The position numbers were made by a program, and so were the translations under genes. A stretch of DNA of 55,378 nucleotides from Armatimonadota bacterium. Lineage in GTDB: Bacteria > Armatimonadota > Zipacnadia > Zipacnadales > UBA11051. Position 1 is the first letter of the stretch; each line of letters starts with the position of its first letter. The DNA is taken from the NCBI GenBank assembly GCA_046483205.1, contig JAWODS010000209.1:1-55378 (forward strand), written 5' to 3'. Positions 9,629-18,610 of this stretch are shown piece by piece. The notes under the pieces are model-generated. The model did no database searches. It saw only the letters and a list, made by a program, of their open reading frames with translations, and was not told the DNA's origin.

Positions 9629-10702
9629 TTACAGCGGCAGCGGATCGTCCCAGGCGCGATCAAATACCTGGACTTCTCCGTCCTCTATGTACAGAAAATT
9701 TCCATTGTTGTTTTTCCACGAACCGTCGTTGTAATAGTGCCGGGGAGTGCCATCTTCTTCCCAGGTGTTGTGGTCCACCTTGTGGATGTGTCCGAACACG
9801 ATCGCGTTCGGGTCGTGATCGAAGACATGGCGGATCTGTCGTAGCCGGTTGCGCGCGGCGCGGCGCCACGGGAAGCGCGAATAGTACACGTCACCAATCT
9901 CTGTGAAGTGCTGAAGGGCGGCATCAGGAACTGTATCGGGATGTCGGAGAGTGGCCACTTCAACACCGGCCTCATCCAGCACCTGCAGCGCACGATCCTG
10001 TTCGGGGAACGGCTCGCCATCGGCCCGGACGTCCGCAAAGTCGTCCTCCAGATCGTGGGCCATGAGGCTGAGGCCAATGCGGATTTCCTCGTCAGTGAAC
10101 TGCAGCCCGTTTGGCTCCCACTGAAGGCTGTGAAAGACGTGTCTGCCAACACTCGACCACCGTGGCTGGTAGCGGTCGGAAGGCTCCAGGGCGGGGGTGG
10201 TAAAATGCTCCATCGCTTCCCCGGCGGGTGGAGGTGTCATAAGACTCACCCGCTCGCGCACGTACGCCCACAGCCAGGCGTCCACGAGATGACCGTGTTC
10301 CGCCACGATTGAGGCGTCCCCGGATTTGATGATCAAAAACGGGTAGGGAGGAGTAATCGGATACGCCCCCTTACCCAGGCAAATGGAAGGAATCCCGGCA
10401 TCATGATTGCCGACCAGGTACGCAATGCCAATTCCCGAGCGGTACATGTCGAAGAAAATATCGACAATATCAAAGTACGTTGGCAGGAAAGGGGTATCGT
10501 CCTTTTGCGGTATATCGACCATATCCCCATTGACAACGACGAGATCAACGCCCGATTCATCACGTACCCAGGTGAGGAAATCGAGAAAAGCGCGGCGCTT
10601 GGCCCTGTGATTGTCCGGGACTTCCTCGGACCATTCATCAACATGTACGTCGGAGACAACAATCGCCTTTTGGGCTTCAATGACAGAGGGTTGTGTGAAC
10701 AT
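9629..10702 (-). CDS. calcineurin-like metallophosphoesterase with a large insertion
   Basis: 357 aa. The motifs are VVSDVHVD, NGDMVD, GNHD, EHGH and, after an insert of about 170 aa, FGHIHK. See the findings. Confidence 0.7.
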   Translation of the reverse strand: MFTQPSVIEAQKAIVVSDVHVDEWSEEVPDNHRAKRRAFLDFLTWVRDESGVDLVVVNGDMVDIPQKDDTPFLPTYFDIVDIFFDMYRSGIGIAYLVGNHDAGIPSICLGKGAYPITPPYPFLIIKSGDASIVAEHGHLVDAWLWAYVRERVSLMTPPPAGEAMEHFTTPALEPSDRYQPRWSSVGRHVFHSLQWEPNGLQFTDEEIRIGLSLMAHDLEDDFADVRADGEPFPEQDRALQVLDEAGVEVATLRHPDTVPDAALQHFTEIGDVYYSRFPWRRAARNRLRQIRHVFDHDPNAIVFGHIHKVDHNTWEEDGTPRHYYNDGSWKNNNGNFLYIEDGEVQVFDRAWDDPLPL

Positions 10703-10726
10703 GTTGCCCAGCTTTCTCTGGTGCGG

Positions 10727-10978
10727 TTAATCGACGGCAATAACACCCTGGACAGTATCAACGCGGTCTTTGAGGATGCGCTCGATTACATTTGTAAGCG
10801 TCATCTGTGCCATCGGACAGCCCTTGCAATGTCCCTGAAGCCGAACGCTGACCTGGCCGTCATCATCGACATCAACAAACTCCACATCGCCACCGTCTCG
10901 CTGCAGCATCGGACGGACTTCCTCGAGCGCTTCCTTCACCTGTTGTTCTGTGCTCATTCCCTGTTCTTCTGTCGTCAT
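10727..10978 (-). CDS. NifU C-terminal-domain (Nfu-type) Fe-S cluster scaffold/carrier
   Basis: 83 aa. VRPMLQRDGGDVEFVDV...VRLQGHCKGCPMAQMTL carries the Nfu CxxC motif. Confidence 0.8.
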   Translation of the reverse strand: MTTEEQGMSTEQQVKEALEEVRPMLQRDGGDVEFVDVDDDGQVSVRLQGHCKGCPMAQMTLTNVIERILKDRVDTVQGVIAVD

Positions 10979-11083
10979 CGTATGTAAACTCCTTGCCTGT
11001 TTTTCGGACGTACATTGATACTGCTATTTTACAACACGTGCCCTGCCGGGCCAATCCCCATGACGGCTGGCGCGGCGGAGTGT

Positions 11084-12046
11084 TCAGAACTCGTCCCAGT
11101 AATCCGGCTCCCGCTGCTTGAGGAACTCAATCCCTTCGTCGTATGAGCGCACTCCGGCCAGTGTACCGACGGCGGTGGTGCAGAGCGCACCGATGGCGTT
11201 GGCGAATTTGGCCGTCCGCTCCAGGTCCCAGCCGTCGAGGTATCCCCGGAGAAACCCGGCGACATACGCATCGCCCGCACCAGTGCCATCCACGGCTGTG
11301 ACCTCGTACGCCGGCACATGCAGGCGGGTATCCGTTGAGGCGACAAACGAGCCGTTCGGCCCGTCCTTGAGTGCCACAATTTCGATCCCATATTCCAGCA
11401 GATCGTCGGCGACGTCCTCCGGCTTGCTTTTGCCGGTCAATTGCTGCGCTTCTGAGAGTGAGGGCAGGAAGAGTTGCGTGTGCTCCAGGCACGGTTCCAG
11501 CGTGTCCATCCAGCCGCCGCTGTCGTCCCAGACAGTGTCAAGCGAAATCGTGGCCCCACGTTCTGCGGCCTCGCGCATCACCCGGGCCATGGGCTCTCCG
11601 TCGAAATCCCCCATGACCAGCGCCCCGGCGAAATGCAGCACCCGGGAGCTACCGGCAAGATCCATGTCAACCTCCTCCGGCCGGAGGGTGCCGTTCGCCC
11701 CGGGGTAGTGCAGGAAGGTCCGCTCACCCTCAGAATCGATCATAATCATCGTCGCCGAGGTGGCGCTGTCGGGATCGACGGCCACGCCGTCAATGCTGGC
11801 GCCTCCCTCCTGGAGAGTGTTGGTTACGAAATGGCCGAAACCGTCATCACCGACTTTCCCCATGACGGCAGTGTCCACTCCAAGTTTATCAAGAGCGAGG
11901 CCGGTATTGGCGGCACATCCACCCAGGCCCATGCCCAGTTCGTCAACAAGGCTCAATCGTCCGCGTTGAGGCCATTCATCGATCGGGAGTGCCCACACAT
12001 CTGCCACGAGAATGCCCAGACACGCGACATCTGCCACAGTACTCAC
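11084..12046 (-). CDS. PfkB/ribokinase-family sugar kinase
   Basis: 320 aa. It has an N-terminal GG dipeptide region (GMGLGGCAANTG) and the C-terminal DGTGAGDAYVAGFL ATP/anion-hole motif. Confidence 0.8.
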   Translation of the reverse strand: MSTVADVACLGILVADVWALPIDEWPQRGRLSLVDELGMGLGGCAANTGLALDKLGVDTAVMGKVGDDGFGHFVTNTLQEGGASIDGVAVDPDSATSATMIMIDSEGERTFLHYPGANGTLRPEEVDMDLAGSSRVLHFAGALVMGDFDGEPMARVMREAAERGATISLDTVWDDSGGWMDTLEPCLEHTQLFLPSLSEAQQLTGKSKPEDVADDLLEYGIEIVALKDGPNGSFVASTDTRLHVPAYEVTAVDGTGAGDAYVAGFLRGYLDGWDLERTAKFANAIGALCTTAVGTLAGVRSYDEGIEFLKQREPDYWDEF

Positions 12047-12177
12047 CTCTAAAGATCAGCGTTTATCTGCAGTCACGCTGAAATAATATGGCTACGGTGT
12101 ACTGTTCCTCTTCCGCTTTGCATTTCCCTTCCCGGCGCAGCATTTTGACATTCAGGACCCACAACACCCCGGGTGGC

Positions 12178-12206
12178 TTTACATTGAGCCCGCGAACTGT
12201 TATACT
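12178..12206 (+). promoter_or_regulatory. putative sigma70-type promoter for rpsO
   Basis: TTTACA (12178-12183), then 17 nt, then TATACT (12201-12206). It lies about 150 nt upstream of the rpsO ATG. Confidence 0.45.
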
Positions 12207-12354
12207 GTTTTTAGTCACGTTTCCCCGACCCGGCGACGCGCCCTTCCAGCGGTCGCTGAGTTGCAGGGCAAGGACACGACCGAAGTGTTAATACAGCATG
12301 GCGTGGCCAGCGGTCGCAGGCGGCTGCTGAACAAAAAGGAAAAGGACGATAGCA

Positions 12355-12624
12355 ATGCCACTGAGCATCGAAGACAAGCAGGAAATTATTGACAAATACG
12401 CTCGCCACGAGAATGACACTGGATCACCCGAGGTGCAGGTTGCGCTTTTGACCGGACGGATCCAGTATTTGACAACACATTTGCAGGATCATCCCAAGGA
12501 CCATCACTCCCGGCGAGGCCTGCTGAAGCTCGTTGGACAGCGGCGGCGCCTGCTGAACTATCTGCGCAATAAAGACGTCATTGGATATAGAGAATTAATT
12601 GCCGATCTCGGGTTGAGACGTTAA
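12355..12624 (+). CDS. rpsO: 30S ribosomal protein S15
   Basis: 89 aa. [28 protein letters not shown] is canonical S15. It lies upstream of pnp. Confidence 0.95.
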   Translation: MPLSIEDKQEIIDKYARHENDTGSPEVQVALLTGRIQYLTTHLQDHPKDHHSRRGLLKLVGQRRRLLNYLRNKDVIGYRELIADLGLRR

Positions 12625-12865
12625 GAGACTCGGGCAGGGATTAACCGAAGACAACGGCAGACACTGTTTGTCTGGCCATTGTCATACACATGTGCGCCCA
12701 GCGCACACACAAACAACAAACCGTGCAATCAGCTGAAACGAGCCCCGGGCCGAACTTAGCCGAATCGTAACCGGCCTTCGGCCCAAAGACAGGGGATCAG
12801 ACAAAACAGGGGATGGCAGTTGTGCCCCTCCTGCTTTCTCTGGCTCCCTATCTTGACGGGCTTGG

Positions 12866-12886
12866 CTTTCGGCGGATTGCCGAAAG
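12866..12886 (+). promoter_or_regulatory. hairpin in the pnp leader abutting the ribosome-binding region
   Basis: CTTTCGGC-ggatt-GCCGAAAG forms an 8-bp stem. It ends 11 nt before the pnp ATG (12898) and includes the AAAG of the AAAGGA SD-like sequence. Confidence 0.35.
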
Positions 12887-12897
12887 GACAAGACCAC

Positions 12898-15159
12898 ATG
12901 AAACAAGAAGTATCAATGGAACTCGCCGGACGTCCGCTGAAGCTCGAGACCGGACGACTGGCGCAACAGGCTGACGCATCAGTAGTCGTGACCTATGGCG
13001 ATACCGTCATACTGGCGACTGCATGTGTCGAAGACGAAAAGTCCGACCTCCCATTCCTTCCCCTTCGAGTTGACTTCGAAGAAAAGATGTACGCCGTAGG
13101 GCGCGTACCCGGCGGTTTTTTCAAGCGCGAAGGGAAACCCTCGGAAGAGGCCACCCGCACGTGCCGGAAAATCGACCGCCCGATTCGACCTCTGCTCGAC
13201 AGCGGCATGCGCAACGAGATGCAGGTTCTCATCCTGCCGCTTTCTGTCGAGGCTGACAGCTCCGTTGACGTGGCATCAATGATTGGTGCTTCAGCAGCGA
13301 TGCACCTGTCGAGAATCCCCTTCGCCGGTCCCTTTGGAGCCGTGCGTGTGGGGCTCATCGACGGCGAGCTGCAGCTCAACCCGGACTACGACGACGTGCA
13401 GGAATGCGACATGGACCTGCTGGTCGCGGCGACCGCAGAGGGCGTCGTGCAGATTGAGCTCTCCGGTGACGATGCAGACGATGACATCGTCTATGACGCC
13501 ATCGAGATGGCCACTGAGGCCTGCCAGCCGATCATCGAACTGATCAATGAGCTTCGTGAGAAAGCCGGCAAGCCCAAGGGCGAATTCGATCTATGGCGCC
13601 CGCGTGAAGAGGCCGTCGAGTACATCACCAACAACATGACCGAGCAGATCCACGATGCACTCGGCCAGCCGGACAAGGAAGCCGTCAACAGCGCTCTTGA
13701 AACCCTGAAACAGGAAGCGCGCGAAGCGCTGACCGAGCAGGGCATCGAAGACCCCGGGGCGGATGTCCACGAGGTTTTCGAAGACATCACCAAGGAGCGC
13801 CTGCAGGACCTGGCGTTTGATGAAGGCCGCCGTATTGACGGCCGCGAACTCGACGAGGTCCGCGACGTGAGTTGTGAGGTCGGGCTTCTGCCCAGGGCTC
13901 ATGGCTCGGGTCTGTTCAACCGTGGAGAGACCCAGGTCCTCACCGTGGCGACTCTCGGCGCCTACAAAGACCAGAAGCTCGTCCGCACACTGGAGGAAGA
14001 GGAATACTCCAGGTTTATGCACCATTACAACTTCCCGCCCTTCTCCACCGGCGAAGTGAAGCCGATGCGCAGCGCGTCGCGCCGCGAGATCGGGCATGGC
14101 GGAATTGGGCTCACGGCCATCGAGCGGGTTCTTCCTCCAGAAGAGGAATTCCCGTACACCATCCGCCTGGTTTCCGAGGTGCTGGCCGCGAATGCATCAA
14201 CGTCAATGGCCGCTGTGTGCGGCTGCTCGCTGGCGCTGATGGACGCGGGCGTGCCGATTAAGAAGCCGGTTGCCGGTGTCGCGATGGGCCTTATCAGGCG
14301 CGGTAACGATTACCGCATCCTCAGCGACATGCAGGGGCTCGAAGACTTCATGGGCTACATGGACTTCAAGATCGGCGGAACCCGTGACGGTATCAACGTG
14401 ATTCAGCTCGATACCAAGACACACGGTCTGCCCCTCGATGTCATCAAGGAGGGTCTCGCACGCGGCCGTGCAGGACGCCTGCAGATCCTGGATATCATGG
14501 ACAGCGTCATCTCGGAACCGCGAGAGACACTGTCGGAGCACGCACCGCGAATGATTCCGGTGCAGATCCCGCAGGCGAAGATCGGTCTCGTAATCGGGCC
14601 GGGTGGCAAGACCATTCGGAAGATGCAGGAAGATTACGAATGCACGATCGATGTTGATGACGAAGGCCTCGCCCTCGTCTTTGGCGAGGATCCGGAGAAG
14701 GTGGAAGCGGCTGCCCAGCAGATCCGCGACATGACCCGGGACATCGAGCCGGGAGAAGTCTTCACCGGCAAGGTCGTCAACACGACCGACTTTGGCGCAT
14801 TCGTCGAAGTCATGCCGGGCCGTGACGGTCTGGTACACATCTCTGACCTCGACTGGAGCCACGTCAACAAGACGACCGACGTCCTGAACGTTGGCGACGA
14901 AGTTACGGTCAAGTGCACCAATGTTGATGACGAAGGCAAAATCCGCCTGTCCCGCAAGGCGATGCTGGAGCGGGATGGAAGCAAGAAGCCAGAGGGCGGC
15001 GACAGGTCTTCGAACAAATCGAAATCGCGCGGCAGCAAAGGCAGTTCGAACAACAGCAACAAGTCCGGCAAAAAGGGTCGCCGTCCCAAAGGTAAGTCCG
15101 GCGGTGACGGCGAAGGCGCTCCGCGAGGAAACGCCTATTTCCGCAAGAAGAGTGAGTAA
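12898..15159 (+). CDS. pnp: polyribonucleotide nucleotidyltransferase (PNPase) with a basic low-complexity C-terminal tail
   Basis: It shows two RNase PH domains, then KH (GLVIGPGGKTIRKMQE), then S1 (GEVFTGKVVNTTDFGAFVEV...GLVHISDL). ATG at 12898 (MKQEVSMELAGRPLKLETG) is preferred over the ORF-track start at 12820. Confidence 0.93.
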   Translation: MKQEVSMELAGRPLKLETGRLAQQADASVVVTYGDTVILATACVEDEKSDLPFLPLRVDFEEKMYAVGRVPGGFFKREGKPSEEATRTCRKIDRPIRPLLDSGMRNEMQVLILPLSVEADSSVDVASMIGASAAMHLSRIPFAGPFGAVRVGLIDGELQLNPDYDDVQECDMDLLVAATAEGVVQIELSGDDADDDIVYDAIEMATEACQPIIELINELREKAGKPKGEFDLWRPREEAVEYITNNMTEQIHDALGQPDKEAVNSALETLKQEAREALTEQGIEDPGADVHEVFEDITKERLQDLAFDEGRRIDGRELDEVRDVSCEVGLLPRAHGSGLFNRGETQVLTVATLGAYKDQKLVRTLEEEEYSRFMHHYNFPPFSTGEVKPMRSASRREIGHGGIGLTAIERVLPPEEEFPYTIRLVSEVLAANASTSMAAVCGCSLALMDAGVPIKKPVAGVAMGLIRRGNDYRILSDMQGLEDFMGYMDFKIGGTRDGINVIQLDTKTHGLPLDVIKEGLARGRAGRLQILDIMDSVISEPRETLSEHAPRMIPVQIPQAKIGLVIGPGGKTIRKMQEDYECTIDVDDEGLALVFGEDPEKVEAAAQQIRDMTRDIEPGEVFTGKVVNTTDFGAFVEVMPGRDGLVHISDLDWSHVNKTTDVLNVGDEVTVKCTNVDDEGKIRLSRKAMLERDGSKKPEGGDRSSNKSKSRGSKGSSNNSNKSGKKGRRPKGKSGGDGEGAPRGNAYFRKKSE

Positions 15160-15189
15160 TGCTACGGGCGCCCAATGCCGGCCAGACGG

Positions 15190-15218
15190 TTGACACGAGG
15201 CGCTCCGCACTTTATAAT
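15190..15218 (+). promoter_or_regulatory. consensus sigma70 promoter for rplU-rpmA
   Basis: TTGACA (15190-15195), then a 17-nt spacer, then TATAAT (15213-15218). Both hexamers match the consensus perfectly. It lies 92 nt upstream of the rplU ATG. Confidence 0.7.
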
Positions 15219-15234
15219 ACACTCGCTTGAAGCG

Positions 15235-15271
15235 GCAGGAGCCGACCGTTACGGTCGGCTGCTGCTTTCTT
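15235..15271 (+). terminator. intrinsic-terminator-like hairpin, either the pnp terminator and/or an rplU leader attenuator
   Basis: A 14-bp stem (one mismatch), GCAGGAGCCGACCG-tta-CGGTCGGCTGCTGC, is followed by TTTCTT. It lies between the consensus promoter and the rplU start. Confidence 0.65.
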
Positions 15272-15309
15272 ATACACGTGTGAGGTTTTTGCAGAAAGGT
15301 AAAACCGCT

Positions 15310-15621
15310 ATGTACGCTATTTTTGAAGCCGGTGGCAGACAGTTTTGGGCGGAGCCCGAACAGGTCCTCAGAATCGACAGGATGGATGCTGAGGAGGGCG
15401 ACGTGGTTGAGTTTGACAAGGTCCTCGCCCTCGACGATGAGGAGCAGAAACATATAGGTCAGCCGTACGTGGATGGCGCGACCATCAAAGCAACCGTCCT
15501 CGAACAGGGCAGAGAGAAGAAAATCACGGTATTCACGTACAAACAGAAGAAGCACACAAAGCGCAAGAAGGGTCACCGTCAGCACTTTACGGCGATCCGA
15601 GTTGATGAAATTTCAACCTGA
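15310..15621 (+). CDS. rplU: 50S ribosomal protein L21
   Basis: [12 protein letters not shown]...[15 protein letters not shown] is canonical L21. The internal ATG at 15310 of ORF 15175-15621 was used. Confidence 0.93.
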   Translation: MYAIFEAGGRQFWAEPEQVLRIDRMDAEEGDVVEFDKVLALDDEEQKHIGQPYVDGATIKATVLEQGREKKITVFTYKQKKHTKRKKGHRQHFTAIRVDEIST

Positions 15622-15647
15622 GATTTTCAGGTACTGGGGTGATAACA

Positions 15648-15905
15648 ATGGCACATAAGACCGGTCAGGGCAGTACGCAAAACGGACGAGACAGCAATCC
15701 CAAATATCTGGGTGTCAAGGAGTATGGCGGCGAGCAGGTCAAAACCGGCCACATTCTCGTACGCCAGCGCGGCACGAAGATTAAACCCGGTCGCAATGTC
15801 GGTCGTGGTGGTGACGACACTCTGTTCGCCCTCGCAGACGGCGTTGTTGAGTACAGTGGCGCCTCCGGAGGACGGCGTGTGGTCAATGTCATCGCCTCCA
15901 GCTAA
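15648..15905 (+). CDS. rpmA: 50S ribosomal protein L27
   Basis: [24 protein letters not shown]...[20 protein letters not shown] is canonical L27. Confidence 0.95.
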   Translation: MAHKTGQGSTQNGRDSNPKYLGVKEYGGEQVKTGHILVRQRGTKIKPGRNVGRGGDDTLFALADGVVEYSGASGGRRVVNVIASS

Positions 15906-15957
15906 AGCCGGGCTGCATCTCGTTGGGCTATAGGCCAGGGATAATGAGAACGAAAAT

Positions 15958-15996
15958 GGGGTCGGCGCCTTCCTTGCGCTGGCCCCTTATTTTTTT
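15958..15996 (+). terminator. rho-independent terminator after rpmA
   Basis: GGGGTCGGCGC-cttcctt-GCGCTGGCCCC forms an 11-bp stem (2 G-U pairs). It is followed by TTATTTTTTT. Confidence 0.8.
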
Positions 15997-16050
15997 GAGG
16001 GCCGCAGTGATTGGCTCAGGTATGCATTGTCGCATGTGGAGGAAATAGCT

Positions 16051-17334
16051 GTGTTTGTTGATGAAGCGACAGTCACCGTACATTCAGGTTCGGGTGGAAA
16101 TGGATGTGTCAGCTTTCGGCGTGAGGCGCATGTGCCTCGCGGCGGTCCTGACGGCGGTTCGGGTGGACGGGGAGGAAGCGTTTACCTGGTTGCCGAGCCG
16201 ATGATGCGGACACTGCTGGACTTCGAGTACAAAAACACCTATTCAGCCGCCGATGGCGCACCCGGAGAAGGCCGGGAAAAGACCGGAGCCGGCGGTGAAG
16301 ATATCGAAATCGGTGTCCCGCCAGGCACCGTGGTGTATGATATGGACACCGGAGAAAAGGTGGCCGATCTGCTGGTCGCAGGAGACAGGCTCCTTGCAGC
16401 ACGCGGCGGTGCGGGCGGACGGGGCAACACCGCCTTCAAGTCCTCCACCCGGCAGGCGCCGCGATTTGCCGAAAAAGGCGAGCCGGGAGAGACCCGACAG
16501 CTTCGACTGGAACTGAAGATTCTCGCCGATGTGGGGATCGTCGGCTTTCCGAATGTTGGCAAGTCAACATTTATCGCCCACGTCAGCGCAGCGAAGCCGA
16601 AGATCGCCAGCTATCCCTTCACCACGCTTGAGCCAAACCTCGGCGTGGTCGAACTCTCGGGCGGGCGAAGAATGGTCATTGCCGACATGCCGGGGCTCAT
16701 CGAGGGAGCCCATGAAGGCACCGGCCTGGGGCACAGGTTCCTCCGCCACGTTGAGCGCACGCATGTGCTGATTCACATGCTGGATGCGGCGGGCGTCGAG
16801 GGGCGAGATCCGCTGCAGGATTTTGAAAAGATCAACCGCGAGCTGGCTCTGCACAATGAGCGCCTCGCATCACTGCCACAGGTCGTGGCTCTGAATAAGA
16901 TTGATCTGCCCGACGGCCGCGACTACGCCCCGATGTATGCACAGGAGCTGGAAGGTGAAGCCCAAAGCGTTGTGCTGACCTCTGCAGCAACTGGTGAAGG
17001 CTGCAGCCAGCTTCTTGAAAAAGTGTGGTCGGTGCTGTCACAGCAGGAGGGGTTCAAAAGTCCTGAAACCGACCGTGAGCCCAGGGAGTTTGAAATCCCT
17101 GAAGCCCTCGAGCGCCCAACGGAGGTCCTGAAGGTCGCCGAGGATATTTACGTGGTACGCGGCACCGCCATAGAAAAGCTGATTTCGCGGCTTGATACCG
17201 AATCGCCTGAAAGTGCCGACTGGCTGCACGAACGGCTGTCGAGGCTTGGGGTTATCAAGCGTCTGAACAGTGCCGGGGCCACCGAGGGCGATACAGTTTT
17301 CCTCGAAAACCTGGAGACCGAATACACCTTCTAA
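16051..17334 (+). CDS. obg: GTPase Obg/CgtA
   Basis: It has a glycine-rich Obg fold (FVDEATVTVHSGSGGNGCVSFRRE), a G domain (GFPNVGKST, DMPGLIEGA, NKID) and a C-terminal OCT domain. GTG at 16051 lies 7 nt after GGAGGA. The ORF track starts at 16027. Confidence 0.92.
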   Translation: MFVDEATVTVHSGSGGNGCVSFRREAHVPRGGPDGGSGGRGGSVYLVAEPMMRTLLDFEYKNTYSAADGAPGEGREKTGAGGEDIEIGVPPGTVVYDMDTGEKVADLLVAGDRLLAARGGAGGRGNTAFKSSTRQAPRFAEKGEPGETRQLRLELKILADVGIVGFPNVGKSTFIAHVSAAKPKIASYPFTTLEPNLGVVELSGGRRMVIADMPGLIEGAHEGTGLGHRFLRHVERTHVLIHMLDAAGVEGRDPLQDFEKINRELALHNERLASLPQVVALNKIDLPDGRDYAPMYAQELEGEAQSVVLTSAATGEGCSQLLEKVWSVLSQQEGFKSPETDREPREFEIPEALERPTEVLKVAEDIYVVRGTAIEKLISRLDTESPESADWLHERLSRLGVIKRLNSAGATEGDTVFLENLETEYTF

Positions 17335-17396
17335 CAACGACGCACCGAACCCACGGCAATTGCCCGTAAGCGGAGGGACCGAAGATCGGCCCAAAA

Positions 17397-18599
17397 GTGT
17401 CTGTTGAAGGCGGCGACGTGCAGCACAAGCGCCTGGGAATCTCTGCCCTCGGCCACGCTGTCAGCGATGGCCTGGTCAACTTTGTCCCACCCCTGTGGTA
17501 TGTTGTTCGAACCATTTTCTCCCTGAGCGACAGCGGCCTCGGCGTTATCATGATGCTGTTTTCCGGGGTCACGAATTTCGGCCAGCCGATTTTCGGCTAC
17601 CTCACCGACCGCCTCCGCTGGAAAAACGTCATCGGCCTCGGCATCCTCCTCAGCGTTGTGACGACCTGCTTTTTGGGCTTTATCGGCACTCTCTGGGTGT
17701 TTGTGCTGGTGCTGCTTTTGAGTGGGATCGGTACGGCGCTTTTTCATCCGCAGGGTGGAGGGGCCGCCGCCCATGCCGCGGGACACCGTCGTGCGTTCGG
17801 AATGTCAATTTTCGGTCTTGGCGGTGCGATCGGTTATGCCCTTGGTGCGCTGGTGTCTCCGGCGCTTCACAATCTCGGCCTGTCGATCGGGATGGGGCCT
17901 CTGCAGGGGTTTGTCTTCGTGCTGCCGGTGGGACTGGCCTCCGCGTATGTGCTTCACGTATATTCAGAGAGAAACACGGTTCCCGCGCCGGACATACAGT
18001 TTCATCTGCGCGAGCACCTGCTGCCTTACTGGCGCTCCATCACTCCCATACTGGGCGTCATGGTTCTGCGGGCGATGACGGTGGTGGCGTTTGCGAGCTT
18101 CTACCAGGTGGTGATCGGCGATCGGGGGCTGTCGGTCATGCACCAGGGTGGGACACTTTTTGCGTTTGTATTCGGGGGTGCCTTTGGGGGCATTATCGGG
18201 GCGCGTTTGAGCGAGCTGTGGGGGCGGCGGTTTGTCACCATCGTCACAATGCTCCTCAGCCCTCCTGTGCTGTACGCAGCGCTGTATGTCTCATACTGGC
18301 CCGCGCTGGTTTTACTGTTCATTGGCGGCTTCATTCTCCGGGCCGCCGAGCCGATCAACATCGCACAGACGCAGGACCTCGTCCCCGAAGGTATCTCCAT
18401 GGCGTCATCCATCGGCATGGGGTTGTCGTGGGGTATTGCAGGCGTCATCAGCCCGTGCGTGGGATGGGTTTCGGACGCCACCGGAGACCTCCAGTACGCG
18501 CTGGCATGGACGACTCTGCTCCCTTTCATCGGCGCAGCAGTCGGCTTTTGGCTGCCCTCGGGCAAAGGTGAAAAAGACACTGCGGAGACCGCGCAGTAG
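17397..18599 (+). CDS. MFS transporter (Fsr/fosmidomycin-resistance-like)
   Basis: 400 aa with about 12 hydrophobic segments. It carries the MFS loop motif GYLTDRLRWKN. Confidence 0.75.
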   Translation: MSVEGGDVQHKRLGISALGHAVSDGLVNFVPPLWYVVRTIFSLSDSGLGVIMMLFSGVTNFGQPIFGYLTDRLRWKNVIGLGILLSVVTTCFLGFIGTLWVFVLVLLLSGIGTALFHPQGGGAAAHAAGHRRAFGMSIFGLGGAIGYALGALVSPALHNLGLSIGMGPLQGFVFVLPVGLASAYVLHVYSERNTVPAPDIQFHLREHLLPYWRSITPILGVMVLRAMTVVAFASFYQVVIGDRGLSVMHQGGTLFAFVFGGAFGGIIGARLSELWGRRFVTIVTMLLSPPVLYAALYVSYWPALVLLFIGGFILRAAEPINIAQTQDLVPEGISMASSIGMGLSWGIAGVISPCVGWVSDATGDLQYALAWTTLLPFIGAAVGFWLPSGKGEKDTAETAQ

Positions 18600-18610
18600 C
18601 CTGCGGACAG

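Noticed and set aside
12145-12150. Perfect TTGACA hexamer upstream of rpsO
   Set aside because: No acceptable -10 hexamer lies 16-18 nt downstream (CCCGGG region). The TTTACA-17-TATACT pair at 12178-12206 is preferred.
14203-15585. 460-aa minus-strand ORF
   Set aside because: It is antisense to the well-supported pnp 3' half. It runs through the rplU promoter, the leader hairpin and rplU itself. Long antisense ORFs are expected in GC-rich DNA, and I recognised no motifs.
17495-18571. 358-aa alternative-frame ORF inside the MFS transporter gene
   Set aside because: It is on the same strand in a different frame. Its extremely Arg/Pro/Gly-rich translation has no TM pattern, while the MFS frame has a coherent 12-TM profile.
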